From: Bacteroidales bacterium
Lineage (GTDB): Bacteria; Bacteroidota; Bacteroidia; Bacteroidales; FEN-979
Reading direction: 5' to 3'
Length of the DNA: 64,000 bases
NCBI GenBank assembly: GCA_016783905.1
Contig: JADHVQ010000002.1
Coordinates: 6,599 to 70,598, forward strand
How positions within the stretch are numbered: position 1 is the stretch's first letter; every line of letters starts with the position of its first letter. Positions 47,228-56,357 of this stretch are shown here, in pieces. The notes below the pieces were generated by a model. That model worked only from the letters and a program-made list of their open reading frames with translations. It had not been told where the DNA came from and did no database searches. Made by a program: the position numbers and the translations under genes.

Positions 47228-48880
47228 ATGAAACGTCTGACCTTTCTGCTATCTCTTCTTATGCTGGTTCCCCTGCTTGTCAGAACGCAGGATACGGCTG
47301 TAGCTGATACCTCTTCTTCCTTTGTCCTGATCGAAGACGACCCGGTAGCCGCCATGCTTGACAGCCTCTCTCTCCTCACTATATTCGAAGGGAACGGTTA
47401 CGGAAAAGGCCATACCGTGAAAGACTACTCCTCCTCCACCCTTACTTTCTTCCCCGATTCGGTAGTAAGAGACAGGATCCTGGCCATGAACGACCAGACT
47501 CCCTTCGAGTACATATACAACAACCATGTAAAGCAGTTTATTGAGCTATATGCTTATAAAAAGCGGGCCCTGACCGGCCGTATTCTGGGGTTGGCCGAAC
47601 TCTATTTCCCACTTTTCGAAGAGCAACTTGATATACGCAACATGCCGCTGGAGCTGAAATACCTTGCAGTGATCGAATCGGCCCTTAATCCCACAGCTAA
47701 CTCCCGGGCCGGTGCGAAAGGATTGTGGCAGTTCATGTATGGCACCGGGAAGGTGTATGGTCTGAAAGTTACTTCGCTGGTGGACGACCGGTTTGATCCC
47801 TATAAATCAACCATTGCTGCCTGTGAGCACCTGCAGGATCTCTATGACATTTATGGCAATTGGTCATTGGCCCTGGCTGCTTACAACTCCGGTGCAGGCA
47901 ATGTGAACAAAGCGATCCGCCGTTCCGGTGGCCATAAAAACTTCTGGGTGATCTATCCATACCTTCCCAGGGAGACCCGATCCTATGTGCCCGCATTCAT
48001 CGCAGCCAGCTATGTGATGATGTATGCGGATGAATACAACATTGGATCTGTAGAACCCACCGTCCTCCATTATGAGATCGATACCGTGACCATCAGGGAT
48101 ATCCTGACCTTTGACCAGATTTCGGAGATGATGGGCATTGCCAAAGATGAGATCGCGTTCCTCAATCCAGCCTATAAACAGGGCATCATTCCTGCTGCAG
48201 CTGAAAATCCATATTTCCTCCGTCTGCGAAAGAAGGATGTAGGAAACTTCATCACCAACGAAGCCAATATCTATGCCTTTAAGACCAAACAAGCCCTTGA
48301 GCGCGATTCGCTGGAGAAAATCGTGGAAGAGAGCAAACGGGCTACACAATATTACATCGTCAAGAGTGGAGATAACCTTGGACTGATCGCCTCACGGCAC
48401 AACATGACCGTCTCACAACTTAAAAGCATGAACAACCTTCGATCCAATACCATTCATCCACGACAAAGGTTGATTGTATACAATGGATCGGGACCGATGC
48501 CTGCTTCCGGATCTACCTATGCCAGCAATACCTTGCCCACACCAACCCCCTCCCCAACCTATCATACGGTGAAACGGGGTGAAAATCTCGGAGTGATTTC
48601 CGGTAAATATGGTTGCTCAGTCAGCCAGTTAAAAGCCTGGAACAACCTCTCCAAATCGACCATCTATCCGGGTCAGAAACTGAAAATTTCAAGTGCTAAA
48701 TCAACATCTTCTTCATCCGGTAGCAGCTCATCTTCCTTCATCTATACCATCAAATCCGGCGATAACCTCTGGGACCTCGCCCAGAAATACAACTGCACCG
48801 TCAGTGAGATCAAAAAGCTGAATAATATCAAGAATGCCAACAGGCTCCGGCCGGGGCAGAAGATCAAGATTCCGAAATGA
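47228..48880 (+). CDS. lytic murein transglycosylase (MltD-like) with three LysM domains
   Basis: SLT catalytic block AVIESALNPTANSRAGAKGLWQFM. Three LysM repeats (YIVKSGDNLGLIA, HTVKRGENLGVIS, YTIKSGDNLWDLA). Confidence 0.85.
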   Translation: MKRLTFLLSLLMLVPLLVRTQDTAVADTSSSFVLIEDDPVAAMLDSLSLLTIFEGNGYGKGHTVKDYSSSTLTFFPDSVVRDRILAMNDQTPFEYIYNNHVKQFIELYAYKKRALTGRILGLAELYFPLFEEQLDIRNMPLELKYLAVIESALNPTANSRAGAKGLWQFMYGTGKVYGLKVTSLVDDRFDPYKSTIAACEHLQDLYDIYGNWSLALAAYNSGAGNVNKAIRRSGGHKNFWVIYPYLPRETRSYVPAFIAASYVMMYADEYNIGSVEPTVLHYEIDTVTIRDILTFDQISEMMGIAKDEIAFLNPAYKQGIIPAAAENPYFLRLRKKDVGNFITNEANIYAFKTKQALERDSLEKIVEESKRATQYYIVKSGDNLGLIASRHNMTVSQLKSMNNLRSNTIHPRQRLIVYNGSGPMPASGSTYASNTLPTPTPSPTYHTVKRGENLGVISGKYGCSVSQLKAWNNLSKSTIYPGQKLKISSAKSTSSSSGSSSSSFIYTIKSGDNLWDLAQKYNCTVSEIKKLNNIKNANRLRPGQKIKIPK

Positions 48881-49015
48881 TTGCCATGATGGCCATGCAA
48901 AAAAGTGGCATCATTGCGGGGTGATCATGATCAACTTTGCCGGTGGAGGAGACACCAAGAGCAAACGAAACTGCGAAAAAAATCTCAAAAAAATTTGGAG
49001 TTGTAAAAAATTTTG

Positions 49016-49023
49016 TAATTTTG
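49016..49023 (+). promoter_or_regulatory. candidate promoter of the TetR/efflux locus: -7 box TAATTTTG, with TTTG (48994-48997) 18 nt upstream
   Basis: TTTG-N18-TAATTTTG resembles the Bacteroidota -33/-7 arrangement. Confidence 0.45.
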
Positions 49024-49031
49024 TCCATCTG

Positions 49032-49067
49032 GTTAAACTAATTGTTTAATCCAATCAGTTAAACTAA
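49032..49067. promoter_or_regulatory. candidate TetR operator: direct repeats GTTAAACTAA (49032-49041, 49058-49067) and inverted repeat TTAAAC-N5-GTTTAA (49033-49049)
   Basis: Read directly. Lies between the -7 box and the tetR ATG at 49068. Confidence 0.35.
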
Positions 49068-49694
49068 ATGGTTAATTCTCGACAAGGAACGGAAGAAAAG
49101 ATCCTGGAAGCGGCCAAAAAGGTGTTCCACCGGAAAGGGTTCGAAGGCGCCCGGATGCAGGAGATCGCCGATGAAGCGGGGATCAATAAAGCACTTCTCC
49201 ACTACTATTTCCGGAGCAAGGAACGGCTCTTTGAGTCGGTGTTCCGGGATGCCTTTTCACAACTAATGGGCCGGGCCAAAGAGATCTTTTTTTCTGAGAA
49301 ACCATTGAAAGAGAAGATCCAGACCTTCCTGACCCACTACCTGGAGGTGATCACCGAAAACGCTTACATCCCCTGGTTTATCCTCAACGGAATGTATGAA
49401 CGTCCCGGCCAACTGAAAGCGATCTTCGAACAGGCGGAGATCAATCCTCCCCAGCTTATGGAACAGCTGCGATCCCAGGTCCGGAAAGAGTATCATTCGG
49501 AAATTAATCCATTCCATATCTGGTTAAATGTCCTTTCTCTCTGTATCTTTCCTGTAGTAGCCAAACCGCTCATCCGGGAGATCTTTCAGCTCCCTGAAGA
49601 GGCGTACCAACAGATACTTGAACAACGGAAAACTGAGGTTCCCCGGTTCGTCATGCAAGCATTGAAAGCGTATGAAAACGATGAAAACAAATAA
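49068..49694 (+). CDS. TetR/AcrR family transcriptional regulator
   Basis: N-terminal HTH ILEAAKKVFHRKGFEGARMQEIADEAGINKALLHYYF. Confidence 0.9.
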   Translation: MVNSRQGTEEKILEAAKKVFHRKGFEGARMQEIADEAGINKALLHYYFRSKERLFESVFRDAFSQLMGRAKEIFFSEKPLKEKIQTFLTHYLEVITENAYIPWFILNGMYERPGQLKAIFEQAEINPPQLMEQLRSQVRKEYHSEINPFHIWLNVLSLCIFPVVAKPLIREIFQLPEEAYQQILEQRKTEVPRFVMQALKAYENDENK

Positions 49695-50982
49695 GTCTAT
49701 CCTGGCTGCTAGCCTGGGATTTATCCTGGTTCTTACAGCAGAGCCGATATCTTTGTCCGCACAGGATACCATCACCCTGGATTTCTGCTACCGGATGGTT
49801 GAACAAAACTACCCCTTGGCCGGGCAGCTGGATTTACTGGCAGGCAGTAACGTGTTGAAGGTAAAGAATCTGAACAAGAACTGGTTGCCCACGATCAACA
49901 TCAACGGACAGGTCACCTACCAGTCGGATGTGACTAAAGTGGAAATTGAACTACCGGCCGGATTTCCACCTCTGCAGATGCCGGTACTGGACAAAGACTG
50001 GTACAAAGCTACCCTCGATGTAAGCCAGGCGATCTGGGACGGGAACGTGACCAGCTACCAGAAGAAGCTGGAAGAGGCGAACCTGCAGGTCGATCAGACA
50101 AGTGTCAGAGCCGAATTGTACAAACTGAAAGAACGGGTGAACCAGTTTTACTTTTCCATCATTTTACTGAATCAGAACGAAGCGCTGCTGATCTCCACCC
50201 GAACCCAGGTTGAAGAGAAGCTCAATGAAGTGAAGGCCGGCATCAAATATGGCGCTGTTTTGCAATCCACAGCCGATGCCCTGGAAGCAGAGATCATACG
50301 GATTGATCAACGGCTAACCGAGACACGGATGGATAGAACCGGGCTTTTTCATATGTTGTCAGAGCTTCTGGGAGTCGGCATTCCGGAGTCCTCTTACCTG
50401 ATCCTGCCCAATCCGTCCATTACCGGTTACTCCTATCAAAACATGCGCCTGGAGAATGAGGTCTTTGACTTGCAACGCGCCCGTCTTGAAGTGATGCGAA
50501 ACATGATTACCACCAAATGGAATCCGAAATTTTTTGCATTCGGGCAGGCCGGGATCGGCAGGCCAGCACTCAATATGTTATCCAACGATTTCGAACCATT
50601 CTATATCGTTGGAGCCCGGCTAAGCTGGACCCCGTTGAACTGGAACACCAATAAAAACGAGAAAAAGATCCTGGCGATACAATCTTCCCTCCTGCTCCGG
50701 CAACAGGAATCGTTCGATAAGAACCTGAAGATCCAGGCTGAAAAAGATCTTTCGGAAATCCTGAAAAACCTTGAAGTAATGGAGAAAGACCGGGAGATCA
50801 TTTCCCTGCGTGAACGTATCTCTCTGGCGGCCTCCTCCCAGCTTGATAACGGTGTCATCACCTCCAGTGAATATGTTGCCAGGCTGACTGAGGAGAGGCA
50901 GGCGAAGTTGAATTACGAGGTCCACCGGATTCAGTTCGCCCGGGCCAAGCTTGCCTATCTTTATAACCAGGGAAAATTGTAA
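49672..50982 (+). CDS. TolC-family outer-membrane efflux protein
   Basis: Signal peptide. Two OEP-type repeats with long coiled helices. Size 436 aa. Overlaps the tetR 3' end. Confidence 0.8.
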   Translation: MKTMKTNKSILAASLGFILVLTAEPISLSAQDTITLDFCYRMVEQNYPLAGQLDLLAGSNVLKVKNLNKNWLPTININGQVTYQSDVTKVEIELPAGFPPLQMPVLDKDWYKATLDVSQAIWDGNVTSYQKKLEEANLQVDQTSVRAELYKLKERVNQFYFSIILLNQNEALLISTRTQVEEKLNEVKAGIKYGAVLQSTADALEAEIIRIDQRLTETRMDRTGLFHMLSELLGVGIPESSYLILPNPSITGYSYQNMRLENEVFDLQRARLEVMRNMITTKWNPKFFAFGQAGIGRPALNMLSNDFEPFYIVGARLSWTPLNWNTNKNEKKILAIQSSLLLRQQESFDKNLKIQAEKDLSEILKNLEVMEKDREIISLRERISLAASSQLDNGVITSSEYVARLTEERQAKLNYEVHRIQFARAKLAYLYNQGKL

Positions 50983-51000
50983 CAGTTTAAACAAGACCCT

Positions 51001-51891
51001 ATGAAAACACGAAATTATCTTTTCCTTCCGATGATCCTGTTCCTTGGAGCCTGCTCCGACAAGGATGATCAACCCGATGCCTGGGGCACCTTTGAAGCCA
51101 CCGAGATCACTGTTTCGGCAATGGCCAACGGAAAACTTCTGCAGTTTAACATCGAGGAGGGAACATTGTTGGATTCCGGACAGGTCATTGGCTTTGTCGA
51201 CACCACCGATCTCTACCTGAAAAAACGTCAGGCAATAGATCAACGAAATGCAACCGCTTCAAGGAAAACGGACCTGCAGGCACAGATCGCGGTACAGGAG
51301 CAAAACAGGGAAAATATCCTCATTGACAAACAACGGGTGGAAAACCTGTTACAAGCTGGTGCAGCCACGCAAAAACAGATGGATGATATCACCGCTTCTC
51401 TCAATCTGATTGATCGTCAGATCGCTGCTATCCAGGCACAGTTCGGTGGACTCGAAGACCAGGTAAAAAGCATCAATCAGCAAATTGCCCAATTGGAAGA
51501 GGCGATCCGGAATGCCTACATTGTGAATCCTGTAAACGGTACCGTCCTCGCAAAATTTGCTGAACCTGAAGAGGTGGCTGCATTTGGAAAACCACTCTAC
51601 AAGATCGCTGACCTCAGGGAGATGATTCTTCGTGTATACGTCAGCGGATCCCAGCTTCCCCGGGTGATCATCGGACAGGAGGTATCTGTCATGTATGATA
51701 AAAATGAAAAAGAGAATACCACTACATCCGGGTTTGTTGGCTGGGTCTCTCCCACCGCCGAATTCACTCCCAAAACGATCCAGACGAAAGAGGAGAGGGT
51801 AAACCTGGTCTATGCCGTCAAGGTCAGGGTAAAAAATGATGGCAGCTTGAAGATCGGAATGCCGGGAGAGATCAAACTAATTAATCCGTAA
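51001..51891 (+). CDS. HlyD-family periplasmic adaptor (membrane fusion lipoprotein)
   Basis: Lipobox LFLGAC, lipoyl-like hairpin, coiled coil, C-terminal beta-barrel (PGMPGEIKL). Confidence 0.8.
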   Translation: MKTRNYLFLPMILFLGACSDKDDQPDAWGTFEATEITVSAMANGKLLQFNIEEGTLLDSGQVIGFVDTTDLYLKKRQAIDQRNATASRKTDLQAQIAVQEQNRENILIDKQRVENLLQAGAATQKQMDDITASLNLIDRQIAAIQAQFGGLEDQVKSINQQIAQLEEAIRNAYIVNPVNGTVLAKFAEPEEVAAFGKPLYKIADLREMILRVYVSGSQLPRVIIGQEVSVMYDKNEKENTTTSGFVGWVSPTAEFTPKTIQTKEERVNLVYAVKVRVKNDGSLKIGMPGEIKLINP

Positions 51892-51942
51892 TTTCATCCC
51901 CTTGTTAATACAAACCCAAGTACAAACCAAAACCTTAAACCG

Positions 51943-52294
51943 ATGAAACGCATCATTAAACCTTTCCTGCTAATGCTGGTTCTGATCCCGTGGTCGGGTA
52001 GCAGTGTGATTGCCCAAACCTACCAGTCTGACGATATCGTTGGCACCTGGCTGAATGAAGAGGGAACCGGCGGAACAGAATAAACCACTGATCGGACTGG
52101 TTAACCTGAAAGGATTTGTGTTTGACGGGGATGATGAATGGAAAGACGGCAAGATTTACGATCCAAAGAACGGGAAGACTTACAGCTGCTATATGAAGTT
52201 TGAGGATGAGAGCAAGAAAAGACTGAAGATCAGGGGATTTGTCGGAATCTCACTGCTGGGCCGCACAACTTACTGGACACCGGTTAAAGATTAA
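51943..52294 (+). pseudogene. DUF2147-family gene with an internal out-of-frame deletion
   Basis: Frame 1: MKRIIKPFLLMLVLIPWSGSSVIAQTYQSDDIVGTWLNEEGTGGTE, then stop at 52081. Frame +1 continues PAEQNKPLIGLVNLKGF...WKDGKIYDPKNGKTYSCYMKF...IRGFVGISLLGRTTYW. The family's central block of about 35-40 aa is missing. Confidence 0.5.
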
Positions 52295-52303
52295 TCTGCG
52301 AAA

Positions 52304-52365
52304 ATCCGTCTCATCCGTGTCATCCGCGTGCAATTCTAATGGAACGCGGATAACGCTGATGGATG
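52304..52365. repeat. composite hairpin: three tandem 9-mers ATCCGTCTC/ATCCGTGTC/ATCCGCGTG, a loop, then inverted copies ACGCGGAT AACGCTGAT GGATG
   Basis: Perfect 8-bp core stem ATCCGCGT/ACGCGGAT (52322-52329 / 52344-52351) with imperfect extension. Covers the ORF-track ATG at 52363. Confidence 0.7.
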
Positions 52366-52392
52366 CCGATACTCGAGGATAATATAAAAACG

Positions 52393-53307
52393 ATGGCTGT
52401 TTCAGTTGACGTACAAAATCTCTCGAAGAACTACGGCGACGTGGAGGCGCTGAAGGAGATTTCCTTTTCCGTTAAGAAAGGAGAGCTCTTCGGATTTATC
52501 GGTCCGGATGGCGCCGGTAAGACAACCCTCTTCCGGATCCTGGCTACCCTCCTGCTGGCCGATTCAGGAACTGCTACCGTTGAAGGGTTTGACGTGGTGA
52601 AAGATTACCGGAAGATCCGTAAGATCATCGGTTACATGCCCGGCCGGTTTTCGCTTTATCAGGATCTGAGTGTGGAGGAGAACCTGACCTTTTTTGCTAC
52701 CATTTTCGGGACGACCATCGAGGAGAATTACAACCTGGTGAAAGAGATCTACAGCCAGATCGAGCCCTTTAAAACCAGGAAAGCAGGAAAACTGTCGGGA
52801 GGGATGAAACAGAAACTGGCCCTCTCCTGTGCCCTGATCCATAAACCGGAGGTGCTCTTCCTGGATGAGCCCACCACCGGTGTGGATGCGGTTTCGCGAC
52901 AGGAGTTCTGGGAGATGCTCAAACGATTAAAAGCCCAGGGGATCTCTATCATAGTTTCCACTCCTTACATGGATGAAGCCGGATTGTGCGACCGGGTCGC
53001 ATTGATCCAGGACGGGTCCATCATGCAGATCAGTACCCCGGAAAAGGTGGTGGAGAGTTACCCGTTAGAACTGTATACGGTTGATTCGGCCGATATCTAC
53101 CGTCTGCTGCATGATCTGAAAAAGCTTCCCGGTGCAGCCAGCGTATTTGCATTCGGACAGTCGGCACACCTCTCCTTTCAAAAAGGGAAATTATCCAGGG
53201 AAGGGGTGCTTGATTATCTATCCAAAACGGGGCATAAAGAGGTCCAGGTGAAACCTGTCAAACCGAATATTGAAGACTGTTTTATGGAGTTAATGCAGAA
53301 AGGGTAG
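52393..53307 (+). CDS. ABC transporter ATP-binding protein (first NBD)
   Basis: Walker A GPDGAGKTT, signature LSGGMKQKL, Walker B LFLDEPT. Start set at MAVSVDVQNLSKNYG. Confidence 0.88.
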   Translation: MAVSVDVQNLSKNYGDVEALKEISFSVKKGELFGFIGPDGAGKTTLFRILATLLLADSGTATVEGFDVVKDYRKIRKIIGYMPGRFSLYQDLSVEENLTFFATIFGTTIEENYNLVKEIYSQIEPFKTRKAGKLSGGMKQKLALSCALIHKPEVLFLDEPTTGVDAVSRQEFWEMLKRLKAQGISIIVSTPYMDEAGLCDRVALIQDGSIMQISTPEKVVESYPLELYTVDSADIYRLLHDLKKLPGAASVFAFGQSAHLSFQKGKLSREGVLDYLSKTGHKEVQVKPVKPNIEDCFMELMQKG

Positions 53308-53333
53308 AACATTGATGACACAGATTGGGACAG

Positions 53334-54077
53334 ATGATCACTAATATCATCATCGTCAAGGACCTCGTCAAGAAGTTCGGAAGTTTCGTGGCCAATGATC
53401 ACCTGACTTTTGAGGTGAGGAAAGGCGAGATCTTCGGGTTCCTGGGAGCAAACGGAGCTGGAAAAACCACGGCTATCCGCATTTTATGCGGCCTCTCTTT
53501 CCCTACGTCGGGTGAGCTTTCTGTGGCAGGGTACAATGTTTACACGCAGCGTGAAAAGATCAAGCAGAACATTGGGTACATGAGTCAGAAATTTTCTCTT
53601 TACGATGACCTGACCATATTTGAGAACATCCGGTTTTATGCGGCCATTTATGGCTTATCAAGAAAAGATATTGATAACCGGGCTGAAATCCTGATGAAGA
53701 AACTGAACCTGGAAGATGCCCGGAACAAACTAATCCGGGACATCCCGCTCGGATGGAAGCAAAAACTGGCCTTTTCGGTGGCCATCATTCACGATCCAAA
53801 GATCGTTTTCCTGGATGAGCCAACCGGCGGTGTTGATCCCATTACCCGTCGTCAGTTCTGGGATATGATCTACGAAGCTGCCCGAAATGGGATCACGGTA
53901 TTTGTCACAACGCATTACATGGATGAGGCTGAGTATTGCGACCGGGTATCCATCATGGTCGATGGCCGGATTGCTGCGCTGGATACACCGGTGGCGTTGC
54001 GTGAAAAATACCAGGCCAGGAATATGAACGAGGTCTTTCTGAAGCTGGCAAGGGCTCAAACAAAGGAGGTGGCATGA
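53334..54077 (+). CDS. ABC transporter ATP-binding protein (second NBD)
   Basis: Walker A GANGAGKTT, degenerate signature region IPLGWKQKL, Walker B VFLDEPT. Confidence 0.88.
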   Translation: MITNIIIVKDLVKKFGSFVANDHLTFEVRKGEIFGFLGANGAGKTTAIRILCGLSFPTSGELSVAGYNVYTQREKIKQNIGYMSQKFSLYDDLTIFENIRFYAAIYGLSRKDIDNRAEILMKKLNLEDARNKLIRDIPLGWKQKLAFSVAIIHDPKIVFLDEPTGGVDPITRRQFWDMIYEAARNGITVFVTTHYMDEAEYCDRVSIMVDGRIAALDTPVALREKYQARNMNEVFLKLARAQTKEVA

Positions 54078-55177
54078 AACGGTTCTGGGGATTCGTGGTC
54101 AAAGAGTTTCTCCATATCTTCCGGGATTACCGTACCCTGTTGATCCTTTTCGGTATGCCTGCTGTCCAGTTGATCCTGTTCGGTTTTGTGATCACCAATG
54201 AGATCAAGGATGCCCGGTTTGCTGTTCTCGATCTCTCCAAAGATGAAACCACCCGGCAGATCACGGAGAAGATCACCTCCTCCGGCTATTTCCGGCTCGA
54301 CAGAAACCTGAATACCTACCATGAAATCGAAGCGGCATTCCGGGAAGGAGATATCCGCCTGGTGGTGGTGTTTGAACCCGATTTTGCCCGCCGGCTGGAG
54401 AAAGAGAGGGCAGCGCATGTCCAGCTGATCGGCGATGCCTCGGATCCCAACACAGCCAACATCCTGGTGAACTATGCCACTGGCATCCTCAACAACTACC
54501 TGCTGTCGTTGAACGCCGAAGCCATCCCCCTTCAGATCATTCCTGAAGCCCGGATGATGTACAACCAGGAACTCAAGGGGGTTTTCATGTTTGTACCTGG
54601 CCTGATGGCTATGTTGCTGATGCTGATTTCAGCCCTTATGACCTCCCTCTCCATCACCCGGGAAAAAGAATTGGGGACGATGGAGTTGTTGCTTGCATCT
54701 CCGCTCCGGCCGATGCAGATCGTAGTGGGAAAAGTCTTCCCCTATGTTTTCCTCGCCTTTATCAATGCCTGCATCATCATCCTGCTCGGATGGGCTGTTT
54801 TTGGTGTCCCTGTCCGGGGAAGTATTGCATTGCTGCTCTTTGAGAGTTTTCTCTTTATATCGATGGCCCTGTCGCTCGGTATCCTGATTTCCTGTATCAC
54901 CAATAGTCAGCAGCTGGCCATGATGATCTCACTGGTAGCCCTGATGCTACCTACGATCTTGCTGAGCGGCTTCATCTTCCCCGTGGAGAATATGCCGGTG
55001 ATTTTGCAATGGTTGTGCCATATCATGCCTCCCATGTATTTCATTACAGTCATTAAAAGCATCATGCTGAAAGGGAATGGGCTCTTCTTCATCTGGAAGG
55101 AGACCCTGATCCTCATCGGGTTTACCCTTTTCTTTATCCTCCTGAGTGTCAAGAAATTTAAAATCCGGCTCGCCTGA
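54074..55177 (+). CDS. ABC-2 type transporter permease
   Basis: N-terminal TM, large periplasmic loop, 5 C-terminal TM segments. ATGA overlap with the upstream gene. Confidence 0.85.
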   Translation: MKRFWGFVVKEFLHIFRDYRTLLILFGMPAVQLILFGFVITNEIKDARFAVLDLSKDETTRQITEKITSSGYFRLDRNLNTYHEIEAAFREGDIRLVVVFEPDFARRLEKERAAHVQLIGDASDPNTANILVNYATGILNNYLLSLNAEAIPLQIIPEARMMYNQELKGVFMFVPGLMAMLLMLISALMTSLSITREKELGTMELLLASPLRPMQIVVGKVFPYVFLAFINACIIILLGWAVFGVPVRGSIALLLFESFLFISMALSLGILISCITNSQQLAMMISLVALMLPTILLSGFIFPVENMPVILQWLCHIMPPMYFITVIKSIMLKGNGLFFIWKETLILIGFTLFFILLSVKKFKIRLA

Positions 55178-55179
55178 TC

Positions 55180-56298
55180 ATGAGAACGATCCTCTATATC
55201 ATCCAGAAAGAGTTCATCCAGGTGTTCCGGAACAAACGGATGTTGCCCATTATTTTTGTGTTACCCATTGTACAGCTCCTGATCCTGGTCAATGCCGCTA
55301 CCTTCGAGATGAAGCGCATCAATGTGGCGGTGGTGGACCTCGACCTCTCCGGATCTTCACGACAGCTTACCAGCAAGTTTCAGGGTTCCCCGTTCTACCG
55401 GATTATCAGCGCTCCTTTCTCATACAATGAGGCCGAAGCGTTGATGCAGAAAGGCGATGTGGATATGATCCTGCAAATTCCCTATGGATTTGAAAAAGAC
55501 CTTGTCAAAGAGAGCCGCACCCAGGTCCAGTTGATTGTCAACGCCATCAACGGTGCTTCAGCCGGACTGATCAACGCTTACTCAACCAACATCATCCTTG
55601 ACTTCAACCGGGAGATCCTGATCGACTGGCTAAACCCGGGTAAACTGGGCGGCATCCGGAGGATCATGACGGAAAGCAGGTACTGGTACAATCCAAAGCT
55701 CAACTATACCACGTATATGGTTCCCGGGATTCTGGTCCTGCTGGTGACTATTGTTGCTCTTCTCCTCTCGGGGATGAACATTGTCAGGGAGAAGGAGATC
55801 GGAACAATTGAACAGATAAATGTAACACCGATCAGAAAGATTGAGTTCATCGCCGGGAAGCTGATCCCGTTCTGGATCATTGCCATGTTTGAACTGGCAT
55901 TCGGACTCGTGATCGGGAAATTGCTCTTCAACATACCCATCGAAGGAAGTTTGTGGCTGATTTTTCTTTCGGCTGCTGTCTATCTTTTTGTAATTTTAGG
56001 CTTCGGATTGCTGATCTCTACAATGACGAATACCCAGCAGCAGTCGATGCTCGTGTCGTTCTTTTTCATGGTGGTCTTTATCCTGATGAGCGGATTGTTT
56101 ACGGCGATTGAAAGCATGCCTCCCTGGGCTCAAACAGCTGACCTTGTGAACCCGCTGGCCTATTTTATCAAAATCATGCGGATGGTCATGTTGAAAGGAT
56201 CCTCTTTTGCTGATATCAGCCAACTCTTTTACGCCCTGGTTATCTATGCTGTTTTGATCATCAGTCTGGCCATCTGGAGGTACCGGAAAGTAGCTTAA
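55180..56298 (+). CDS. ABC-2 type transporter permease (paralogue)
   Basis: Same architecture as the preceding gene (ILYIIQKEFIQVFRNKRML..). Confidence 0.85.
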   Translation: MRTILYIIQKEFIQVFRNKRMLPIIFVLPIVQLLILVNAATFEMKRINVAVVDLDLSGSSRQLTSKFQGSPFYRIISAPFSYNEAEALMQKGDVDMILQIPYGFEKDLVKESRTQVQLIVNAINGASAGLINAYSTNIILDFNREILIDWLNPGKLGGIRRIMTESRYWYNPKLNYTTYMVPGILVLLVTIVALLLSGMNIVREKEIGTIEQINVTPIRKIEFIAGKLIPFWIIAMFELAFGLVIGKLLFNIPIEGSLWLIFLSAAVYLFVILGFGLLISTMTNTQQQSMLVSFFFMVVFILMSGLFTAIESMPPWAQTADLVNPLAYFIKIMRMVMLKGSSFADISQLFYALVIYAVLIISLAIWRYRKVA

Positions 56299-56357
56299 AA
56301 CCTCATTATATCAACTGGATTCGATATAGTAAATGGTTCCTGGGAGGGGCTTTGATC

